This document shows, in pieces, positions 51,501 through 63,100 of a stretch of DNA of 64,000 nucleotides. Under the pieces are notes generated by a model. That model did no database searches. It was given only the letters and a program-made list of their open reading frames with translations, and had not been told where the DNA came from. A program made the position numbers and the translations under genes. The stretch's first letter is position 1. Every line of letters begins with the position of its first letter. The DNA comes from Eledone cirrhosa (lineage: Eukaryota), in NCBI GenBank assembly GCA_964016885.1, contig OZ024758.1, positions 36,890,001-36,954,000 on the forward strand, written 5' to 3'.

Positions 51501-54500
51501 ACTCCACTGTTGGTGAGAATTCATTTACGTTCATGGTATTAGCTGTTAGATGGAACTCCAATGTTGGTGAGAATTCATTTAAGTCATGGTACTAGCTGTC
51601 AGAAGTAACTCCACTGTTGGTGAGAATTCATTTAAGTTCATGGTATTAGCTGTCAGAAGGAACGCCACTGTTGGTGAGAATTCATTTAAGTTCATGGTAT
51701 TAGCTGTCAGAAGTAACTCCACTGTTGGTGAGAATTCATTTAAGTTCATGGTACTAGTTGTCAGAAGTAACTCCACTGTTGGTGAGAATTCATTTAAGTT
51801 CATGGTATTAGTTGTCAGAAGTAACTCCACTGTTGGTGAGAATTCATTTAAGTCATGGTATTAGTTGTCAGAAGTAACTCCAATGTTGGTGAGAATTCAT
51901 TTAAGTCATGGTACTAGCTGTCAGAAGTAACTCCAATGTTGGTGAGAATTCATTTAAGTTCATGGTATTAGCTGTCAGAAGGAACTCCACTGTTGGTGAG
52001 AATTCATTTAAGTTCATGGTATTAGCTGTCAGAAGTAACTCCACTGTTGGTGAGAATTCATTTAAGTTCATGGTATTAGCTGTCAGAAGGATCTCCACTG
52101 TTGGTGAGAATTCATTTAACTTCATGGTACTAGCTGTCAGAAGTAACTCTACTGTTGGTGAGAATTCATTTAAGTTCATGGTATTAGTTTGTCAGAAGTA
52201 ACTCCACTGTTGGTGAGAATTCATTTAAGTCATGGTATTAGTTGTCAGAAGTAACTCCAATGTTGGTGAGAATTCATTTAAGTCATGGTACTAGCTGTCA
52301 GAAGTAACTCCAATGTTGGTGAGAATTCATTTAAGTTCATCGTATTAGCTGTCAGAAGGAACTCCACTGTTGGTGAGAATTCATTTAAGTTCATGGTACT
52401 AGCTGTCAGAAGTCACTCCACTGTTGGTGAGAATTCATTTAAGTTCATGGCATTAGTTTGTCAGAAGTAACTCCACTGTTGGTGAGAATTCATTTAAGTC
52501 ATGGTATTCGTTGTCAGAAGTAACTCCAATGTTGGTGAGAATTCATTTAAGTTCATGGTACTAGCTGTCAGAAGTAACTCCACTGTTGGTGAGAATTCAT
52601 TTAAGTTCATGGTATTAGCTGTCAGAAGTAACTCCACTGTTGGTGAGAATTCATTTAAGTCATGGTATTAGCTGTCAGAAGTAACTCCAATGTTGGTGAG
52701 AATTCATTTAAGTCATGGTACTAGCTGTCAGAAGTAACTCCAATGTTGGTGAGAATTCATTTAAGTTCATGGTATTAGCTGTCAGAAGTCACTCCAATGT
52801 TGGTGAGAATTCATTTAAGTTCATGGTATTAGCTGTCAGAAGTAACTCCACTGTTGGTGAGAATTCATTTAAGTTCATGGTATTAGCTGTCAGAAGTAAC
52901 TCCACTGTTGGTGAGAATTCATTTAAGTTCATGGTATTAGCTGTCAGAAGAAACTCCACTGTTGGTGAGAATTCATTTAAGTTCATGGTATTAGCTGTTA
53001 GATGGAACTCCAATGTTGGTGAGAATTCATTTAAGTCATGGTACTAGCTGTCAGAAGTAACTCCACTGTTGGTGAGAATTCATTTAAGTTCATGGTATTA
53101 GCTGTCAGAAGGAACGCCACTGTTGGTGAGAATTCATTTAAGTTCATGGTATTAGCTGTCAGAAGTAACTCCACTGTTGGTGAGAATTCATTTAAGTTCA
53201 TGGTACTAGCTGTCAGAAGTAACTCCACTGTTGGTGAGAATTCATTTAAGTTCATGGTATTAGTTGTCAGAAGTAACTCCACTGTTGGTGAGAATTCATT
53301 TAAGTCATGGTATTAGTTGTCAGAAGTAACTCCAATGTTGGTGAGAATTCATTTAAGTCATGGTACTAGCTGTCAGAAGTAACTCCAATGTTGGTGAGAA
53401 TTCATTTAAGTTCATGGTATTAGCTGTCAGAAGGAACTCCACTGTTGGTGAGAATTCATTTAAGTTCATGGTATTAGCTGTCAGAAGTAACTCCACTGTT
53501 GGTGAGAATTCATTTAAGTTCATGGTACTAGCTGTCAGAAGTAACTCCACTGTTGGTGAGAATTCATTTAAGTCATGGTATTAGCTGTCAGAAGTAACTC
53601 CACTGTTGGTGAGAATTCATTTAGGTTCATGGTATTAGCTGACAGAAGTAACTCCACTGTTGGTGAGAATTCATTTAAGTTCATGGTACTAGCTGTCAGA
53701 AGTAACTCCACTGTTGGTGAGAATTCATTTAAGTTCATGGTATTAGTTTGTCAGAAGTAACTCCACTGTTGGTGAGAATTCATTTAAGTCATGGTATTAG
53801 TTGTCAGAGGTAACTCCAATGTTGGTGAGAATTCATTTAAGTTCATGGTACTAGCTGTCAGAAGTAACTCCACTGTTGGTGAGAATTCATTTAAGTTCAT
53901 GGTATTAGCTGTCAGAAGTAACTCCACTGTTGGTGAGAATTCATTTAAGTCATGGTATTAGCTGTCAGAAGTAACTCCAATGTTGGTCAGAATTCATTTA
54001 AGTCATGGTACTAGCTGTCAGAAGTAACTCCAATGTTGGTGAGAATTCAGTTAAGTTCATGGTATTAGCTGTCAGAAGGAACTCCACTGTTGGTGAGAAT
54101 TCATTTAAGTTCATGGTATTAGCTGTCAGAAGTAACTCCACTGTTGGTGAGAATTCATTTAAGTTCATGGTACTAGCTGTCAGAAGTAACTCCACTGTTG
54201 GTGAGAATTCATTTAAGTTCATGGTACTAGCTGTCAGAAGTAACTCCACTGTTGGTGAGAATTCATTTAAGTTCATGGTATTAGCTGTCAGAAGTAACTC
54301 CACTGTTGGTGAGAATTCATTTAAGTTTATGGTACTAGTTGTCAGAAGTAACTCCACTGTTGGTGAGAATTCATTTAAGTTCATGGTATTAGTTGTCAGA
54401 AGTAACTCCACTGTTGGTGAGAATTCATTTAAGTCATGGTATTAGTTGTCAGAAGTAACTCCAATGTTGGTGAGAATTCATTTAAGTTCATGGTATTAGC

Positions 54501-57500
54501 TGTCAGAAGTCACTCCAATGTTGGTGAGAATTCATTTAAGTTCATGGTATTAGCTGTCAGAAGTAACTCCACTGTTGGTGAGAATTCATTTAAGTTCATG
54601 GTATTAGCTGTCAGAAGTAACTCCACTGTTGGTGAGAATTCATTTAAGTTCATGGTATTAGCTGTCAGAAGAAACTCCACTGTTGGTGAGAATTCATTTA
54701 AGTTCATGGTATTAGCTGTTAGATGGAACTCCAATGTTGGTGAGAATTCATTTAAGTCATGGTACTAGCTGTCAGAAGTAACTCCACTGTTGGTGAGAAT
54801 TCATTTAAGTTCATGGTATTAGCTGTCAGAAGGAACGCCACTGTTGGTGAGAATTCATTTAAGTTCATGGTATTAGCTGTCAGAAGTAACTCCACTGTTG
54901 GTGAGAATTCATTTAAGTTCATGGTACTAGTTGTCAGAAGTAACTCCACTGTTGGTGAGAATTCATTTAAGTTCATGGTATTAGTTGTCAGAAGTAACTC
55001 CACTGTTGGTGAGAATTCATTTAAGTCATGGTATTAGTTGTCAGAAGTAACTCCAATGTTGGTGAGAATTCATTTAAGTCATGGTACTAGCTGTCAGAAG
55101 TAACTCCAATGTTGGTGAGAATTCATTTAAGTTCATGGTATTAGCTGTCAGAAGGAACTCCACTGTTGGTGAGAATTCATTTAAGTTCATGGTATTAGCT
55201 GTCAGAAGTAACTCCACTGTTGGTGAGAATTCATTTAAGTTCATGGTACTAGCTGTCAGAAGTAACTCCACTGTTGGTGAGAATTCATTTAAGTTCATGG
55301 TATTAGCTGTCAGAAGTAACTCCACTGTTGGTGAGAATTCATTTAAGTCATGGTATTAGCTGTCAGAAGTAACTCCATTGTTGGTGAGAATTCATTTAAG
55401 TCATGGTACTAGCTGTCAGAAGTAACTCCACTGTTGGTGAGAATTCATTTAAGTTCATGGTATTAGCTGTCAGAAGGATCTCCACTGTTGGTGAGAATTC
55501 ATGTAACTTCATGGTACTAGCTGTCAGAAGTAACTCTACTGTTGGTGAGAATTCATTTAAGTTCATGGTATTAGTTTGTCAGAAGTAACTCCACTGTTGG
55601 TGAGAATTCATTTAAGTCATGGTATTAGTTGTCAGAAGTAACTCCAATGTTGGTGAGAATTCATTTAAGTCATGGTACTAGCTGTCAGAAGTAACTCCAA
55701 TGTTGGTGAGAATTCATTTAAGTTCATCGTATTAGCTGTCAGAAGGAACTCCACTGTTGGTGAGAATTCATTTAAGTTCATGGTACTAGCTGTCAGAAGT
55801 CACTCCACTGTTGGTGAGAATTCATTTAAGTTCATGGCATTAGTTTGTCAGAAGTAACTCCACTGTTGGTGAGAATTCATTTAAGTCATGGTATTAGTTG
55901 TCAGAAGTAACTCCAATGTTGGTGAGAATTCATTTAAGTTCATGGTACTAGCTGTCAGAAGTAACTCCACTGTTGGTGAGAATTCATTTAAGTTCATGGT
56001 ATTAGCTGTCAGAAGTAACTCCACTGTTGGTGAGAATTCATTTAAGTCATGGTATTAGCTGTCAGAAGTAACTCCAATGTTGGTGAGAATTCATTTAAGT
56101 CATGGTACTAGCTGTCAGAAGTAACTCCAATGTTGGTGAGAATTCATTTAAGTTCATGGTATTAGCTGTCAGAAGTCACTCCAATGTTGGTGAGAATTCA
56201 TTTAAGTTCATGGTATTAGCTGTCAGAAGTAACTCCACTGTTGGTGAGAATTCATTTAAGTTCATGGTATTAGCTGTCAGAAGTAACTCCACTGATGGTG
56301 AGAATTCATTTAAGTTCATGGTATTAGCTGTCAGAAGAAACTCCACTGTTGGTGAGAATTCATTTAAGTTCATGGTATTAGCTGTTAGATGGAACTCCAA
56401 TGTTGGTGAGAATTCATTTAAGTCATGGTACTAGCTGTCAGAAGTAACTCCACTGTTGGTGAGAATTCATTTAAGTTCATGGTATTAGCTGTCAGAAGGA
56501 ACGCCACTGTTGGTGAGAATTCATTTAAGTTCATGGTATTAGCTGTCAGAAGTAACTCCACTGTTGGTGAGAATTCATTTAAGTTCATGGTACTAGTTGT
56601 CAGAAGTAACTCCACTGTTGGTGAGAATTCATTTAAGTTCATGGTATTAGTTGTCAGAAGTAACTCCACTGTTGGTGAGAATTCATTTAAGTCATGGTAT
56701 TAGTTGTCAGAAGTAACTCCAATGTTGGTGAGAATTCATTTAAGTCATGGTACTAGCTGTCAGAAGTAACTCCAATGTTGGTGAGAATTCATTTAAGTTC
56801 ATGGTATTAGCTGTCAGAAGGAACTCCACTGTTGGTGAGAATTCATTTAAGTTCATGGTATTAGCTGTCAGAAGTAACTCCACTTTTGGTGAGAATTCAT
56901 TTAAGTTCATGGTACTAGCTGTCAGAAGTAACTCCACTGTTGGTGAGAATTCATTTAAGTCATGGTATTAGCTGTCAGAAGTAACTCCACTGTTGGTGAG
57001 AATTCATTTAGGTTCATGGTATTAGCTGACAGAAGTAACTCCACTGTTGGTGAGAATTCATTTAAGTTCATGGTACTAGCTGTCAGAAGTAACTCCACTG
57101 TTGGTGAGAATTCATTTAAGTTCATGGTATTAGTTTGTCAGAAGTAACTCCACTGTTGGTGAGAATTCATTTAAGTCATGGTATTAGTTGTCAGAGGTAA
57201 CTCCAATGTTGGTGAGAATTCATTTAAGTTCATGGTACTAGCTGTCAGAAGTAACTCCACTGTTGGTGAGAATTCATTTAAGTTCATGGTATTAGCTGTC
57301 AGAAGTAACTCCACTGTTGGTGAGAATTCATTTAAGTCATGGTATTAGCTGTCAGAAGTAACTCCACTGTTGGTGAGAATTCATTTAAGTTCATGGTATT
57401 AGCTGTCAGAAGAAACTCCACTGTTGGTGAGAATTCATTTACGTTCATGGTATTAGCTGTTAGATGGAACTCCAATGTTGGTGAGAATTCATTTAAGTCA

Positions 57501-57964
57501 TGGTACTAGCTGTCAGAAGTAACTCCACTGTTGGTGAGAATTCATTTAAGTTCATGGTATTAGCTGTCAGAAGGAACGCCACTGTTGGTGAGAATTCATT
57601 TAAGTTCATGGTATTAGCTGTCAGAAGTAACTCCACTGTTGGTGAGAATTCATTTAAGTTCATGGTACTAGTTGTCAGAAGTAACTCCACTGTTGGTGAG
57701 AATTCATTTAAGTTCATGGTATTAGTTGTCAGAAGTAACTCCACTGTTGGTGAGAATTCATTTAAGTCATGGTATTAGTTGTCAGAAGTAACTCCAATGT
57801 TGGTGAGAATTCATTTAAGTCATGGTACTAGCTGTCAGAAGTAACTCCAATGTTGGTGAGAATTCATTTAAGTTCATGGTATTAGCTGTCAGAAGGAACT
57901 CCACTGTTGGTGAGAATTCATTTAAGTTCATGGTATTAGCTGTCAGAAGTAACTCCACTGTTGG
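38520..57964. repeat. Four copies of a 4-6-kb higher-order unit at spacings 4839, 4033 and 5914 bp
   Basis: The marker GAATTCATGTAACTTC has its ATGTAAC at 40715, 45554, 49587 and 55501. ORF series 39219/44058/48091/54005, 40617/45456/49489/55403 and 41316/46155/50188/56102 share these spacings. Confidence 0.9.
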
Positions 57965-59860
57965 TGAGAATTCATTTAAGTTCATGGTACTAGCTGTCAG
58001 AAGTAACTCCACTGTTGGTGAGAATTCATTTAAGTCATGGTATTAGCTGTCAGAAGTAACTCCACTGTTGGTGAGAATTCATTTAGGTTCATGGTATTAG
58101 CTGACAGAAGTAACTCCACTGTTGGTGAGAATTCATTTAAGTTCATGGTACTAGCTGTCAGAAGTAACTCCACTGTTGGTGAGAATTCATTTAAGTTCAT
58201 GGTATTAGTTTGTCAGAAGTAACTCCACTGTTGGTGAGAATTCATTTAAGTCATGGTATTAGTTGTCAGAGGTAACTCCAATGTTGGTGAGAATTCATTT
58301 AAGTTCATGGTACTAGCTGTCAGAAGTAACTCCACTGTTGGTGAGAATTCATTTAAGTTCATGGTATTAGCTGTCAGAAGTAACTCCACTGTTGGTGAGA
58401 ATTCATTTAAGTCATGGTATTAGCTGTCAGAAGTAACTCCAATGTTGGTGAGAATTCATTTAAGTCATGGTACTAGCTGTCAGAAGTAACTCCAATGTTG
58501 GTGAGAATTCATTTAAGTCATGGTATTAGCTGTCAGAAGGAACTCCACTGTTGGTGAGAATTCATTTAAGTTCATGGTACTAGCTGTCAGAAGGAACTCC
58601 ACTGTTGGTGAGAATTCATTTAAGTTCATGGTATTAGCTGTCAGAAGTAACTCCACTGTTGGTGAGAATTCATTTAAGTTCATGGTACTAGCTGTCAGAA
58701 GTAACTCCACTGTTGGTGAGAATTCATTTAAGTTCATGGTACTAGCTGTCAGAAGTAACTCCACTGTTGGTGAGAATTCAGTTAAGTTCATGGTATTAGT
58801 TGTCAGAAGTAACTCCACTGTTGTTGAGAATTCATTTAAACCATGGTATTAGTTGTCAGAAGTAACTCCAATGTTGGTGAGAATTCATTTAAGTTCATGG
58901 TACTAGCTGTCAGAAGTAACTCCACTGTTGGTGAGAATTCATTTAAGTTCATGGTATTAGCTGTCAGAAGTAACTCCACTGTTGGTGAGAATTCATTTAA
59001 GTTCATGGTACTAGTTGTCAGAAGTAACTCCACTGTTGGTGAGAATTCATTTAAGTTCATGGTATTAGTTGTCAGAAGTAACTCCACTGTTGGTGAGAAT
59101 TCATTTAAGTCATGGTATTAGTTGTCAGAAGTAACTCCAATGTTGGTGAGAATTCATTTAAGTTCATGGTACTAGCTGTCAGAAGTAACTCCACTGTTGG
59201 TGAGAATTCATTTAAGTTCATGGTATTAGCTGTCAGAAGTAACTCCACTGTTGGTGAGAATTCATTTAAGTCATGGTATTAGCTGTCAGAAGTAACTCCA
59301 TTGTTGGTGAGAATTCATTTAAGTCATGGTACTAGCTGTCAGAAGTAACTCCACTGTTGGTGAGAATTCATTTAAGTTCATGGTATTAGCTGTCAGAAGG
59401 AACTCCACTGTTGGTGAGAATTCATTTAAGTTCATGGTACTAGCTGTCAGAAGTAACTCCACTGTTGGTGAGAATTCATTTAAGTTCATGGTATTAGTTT
59501 GTCAGAAGTAACTCCACTGTTGGTGAGAATTCATTTAAGTCATGGTATTAGTTGTCAGAAGTAACTCCAATGTTGGTGAGAATTCATTTAAGTCATGGTA
59601 CTAGCTGTCAGAAGTAACTCCAATGTTGGTGAGAATTCATTTAAGTTCATGGTATTAGCTGTCAGAAGGAACTCCACTGTTGGTGAGAATTCATTTAAGT
59701 TCATGGTATTCGCTGTCAGAAGTAACTCCACTGTTGGTGAGAATTCATTTAAGTTCAAGGTACTAGCTGTCAGAAGTAACAACAATGTTGGTGAGAATTC
59801 ATTTAAGTTCATGGTAATAGCTGTCAGAAGTAACTCCACTGTTGGTGAGAATTCATTTAA
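57350..59860. repeat. Copy of ~24200-26670 (offset 33138 bp, then 33191 bp after one extra monomer)
   Basis: ORF pairs are 24362/57500, 24684/57822, 24899/58037, 25652/58843, 26135/59326 and 26404/59595. Markers include TTTACGTTC, TGTTGAG...TAAACC (25631/58822) and AAGTTCAAGG...AACAACAATG. Confidence 0.85.
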
Positions 59861-60129
59861 GTTCATGGTATTAGCTGTCAGAAGTAACTCCACTGTTGGT
59901 GAGAATTCATTTAAGTTCATGGTACTAGCTGTCAGAAGTAACTCCACTGTTGGTGAGAATTCATTTAAGTTCATGGTATTAGTTGTCAGAAGTAACTCCA
60001 CTGTTGGTGAGAATTCATTTAAGTTCATGGTATTAGCTGTCAGAAGGAACTCCACTGTTGGTGAGAATTCATTTAAGTTCATGGTATTAGCTGTCAGAAG
60101 TAACTCCACTGTTGGTGAGAATTCATTTA

Positions 60130-63100
60130 AGTTCATGGTACTATTTGTCAGAAGTAACTCCACTGTTGGTGAGAATTCATTTAAGTTCATGTTACTAGCT
60201 GTCAGAAGTAACTCCACTGTTGGTGAGAATTCATTTAAGTTCATGGTATTAGTTTGTCAGAAGTAACTCCACTGTTGGTGAGAATTCATTTAAGTTCATG
60301 GTACTAGCTGTCAGAAGTAACTCCAATGTTGGTGAGAATTCATTTAAGTTCATGGTATTAGCTGTCAGAAGTAACTCCACTGTTGGTGAGAATTCATTTA
60401 AGTTCATGGTACTAGCTGTCAGAAGTAACTCCAATGTTGGTGAGAATTCATTTAAGTTCATGGTATTAGCTGTCAGAAGTAACTCCACTGTTGGTGAGAA
60501 TTCATTTAAGTCATGGTATTAGCTGTCAGAAGTAACTCCAATGTTGGTGAGAATTCATTTAAGTTCATGGTATTAGCTGTCAGAAGTAACTCCACTTTTG
60601 GTGAGAATTCATTTAAGTTCACGGTACTAGCTGTCAGAAGTAACTCCACTTTTGGTGAGAATTCATTTAAGTTCATGGTATTAGTTTGTCAGAAGTAACT
60701 CCACTTTTGGTGAGAATTCATTTAAGTCGTGGTATTAGTTGTCAGAAGTTTACTCCAATGTTGGTGAGAATTCATTTAAGTTCATGGTACTAGCCGTCAG
60801 AAGTAACTCCACTGTTGGTGAGAATTCAGTTAAGTTCATGGTATTAGTTGTCAGAAGTAACTCCACTGTTGGTGAGAATTCATTTAAGTTCATGGTACTA
60901 GCTGTCAGAAGTAACTCCACTGTTGGTGAGAATTCATTTAAGTTCATGGTATTAGCTGTCAGAAGTAACTCCACTGTTGGTGAGAATTCATTTAAGTCAT
61001 GGTATTAGTTGTCAGAAGTAACTCCAATGTTGGTGAGAATTCATTTAAGTTCATGGTACTAGCTGTCAGAAGTAACTCCACTGTTGGTGAGAATTCATTT
61101 AAGTTCATGGTATTAGCTGTCAGAAGTAACTCCACTGTTGGTGAGAATTCATTTAAGTCATGGTATTAGCTGTCAGAAGTAACTCCAATGTTGGTGAGAA
61201 TTCATTTAAGTCTTGGTACTAGCTGTCAGAAGTAACTCCAATGTTGGTGAGAATTCAGTTAAGTTCATGGTATTAGCTGTCAGAAGGAACTCCACTGTTG
61301 GTGAGAATTCATTTAAGTTCATGGTATTAGCTGTCAGAAGTAACTCCACTGTTGGTGAGAATTCATTTAAGTTCATGGTACTAGCTGTCAGAAGTAACTC
61401 CACTGTTGGTGAGAATTCATTTAAGTTCATGGTACTAGCCGTCAGAAGTAACTCCACTGTTGGTGAGAATTCAGTTAAGTTCATGGTATTAGTTGTCAGA
61501 AGTAACTCCACTGTTGGTGAGAATTCATTTAAATCATGGTATTAGTTGTCAGAAGTAACTCCAATGTTGGTGAGAATTCATTTAAGTTCATGGTACTAGC
61601 TGTCAGAAGTAACTCCACTGTTGGTGAGAATTCATTTAAGTTCATGGTATTAGCTGTCAGAAGTAACTCCACTGTTGGTGGGAATTCATTTAAGTCATGG
61701 TATTAGCTGTCAGAAGTAACTCCATTGTTGGTGAGAATTCATTTAAGTCATGGTACTAGCTGTCAGAAGTAACTCCACTGTTGGTGAGAATTCATTTAAG
61801 TTCATGGTATTAGCTGTCAGAAGGAACTCCACTGTTGGTAAGAATTCATTTAAGTTCATGGTATTAGCTGTCAGAAGTAACTCCACTGTTGGTGAGAATT
61901 CATTTAAGTTCATGGTACTAGCTGTCAGAAGTAACTCCACTGTTGGTGAGAATTCATTTAAGTTCATGGTACTAGCTGTCAGAAGTAACTCCACTGTTGG
62001 TGAGAATTCATTTAAGTTCATGGTACTAGCTGTCAGAAGTAACCCCAATGTTGGTGAGAATTCATTTAAGTTCATGGTATTAGCTGTCAGAAGTCACTCC
62101 AATGTTGGTGAGAATTCATTTAAGTTCATGGTATTAGCTGTGAGAAGTCACTCCACTGTTGGTGAGAATTCATTTAAGTTCATGGTATTAGCTGTCAGAA
62201 GTACCTCCACTGTTGGTGAGAATTCATTTAAGTTCATGGTATTAGCTGTCAGAAGTAACTCCACTGTTGGTGAGAATTCATTTAAGTTCATGGTATTAGC
62301 TGTCAGAAGTAACTCCACTGTTGGTGAGAATTCATTTAAGTTCATGGTACTAGTTGTCAGAAGTAACTCCACTGTTGGTGAGAATTCATTTAAGTTCATG
62401 TTACTAGCTGTCAGAAGTAACTCCACTGTTGGTGAGAATTCATTTAAGTTCATGGTATTAGTTTGTCAGAAGTAACTCCACTGTTGGTGAGAATTCATTT
62501 AAGTTCATGGTACTAGCTGTCAGAAGTAACTCCAATGTTGGTGAGAATTCATTTAAGTTCATGGTATTAGCTGTCAGAAGTAACTCCACTGTTGGTGAGA
62601 ATTCATTTAAGTTCATGGTACTAGCTGTCAGAAGTAACTCCAATGTTGGTGAGAATTCATTTAAGTTCATGGTATTAGCTGTCAGAAGTAACTCCACTGT
62701 TGGTGAGAATTCATTTAAGTCATGGTATTAGCTGTCAGAAGTAACTCCAATGTTGGTGAGAATTCATTTAAGTTCATGGTATTAGCTGTCAGAAGTAACT
62801 CCACTGTTGGTGAGAATTCATTTAAGTTCACGGTACTAGCTGTCAGAAGTAACTCCACTGTTGGTGAGAATTCATTTAAGTTCATGGTATTAGTTTGTCA
62901 GAAGTAACTCCACTGTTGGTGAGAATTCATTTAAGTCGTGGTATTAGTTGTCAGAAGTTTACTCCAATGTTGGTGAGAATTCATTTAAGTTCATGGTACT
63001 AGCTGTCAGAAGTAACTCCACTGTTGGTGAGAATTCATTTAAGTTCATGGTATTAGCTGTCAGAAGTAACTCCACTGTTGGTGAGAATTGATTTAAGTTC

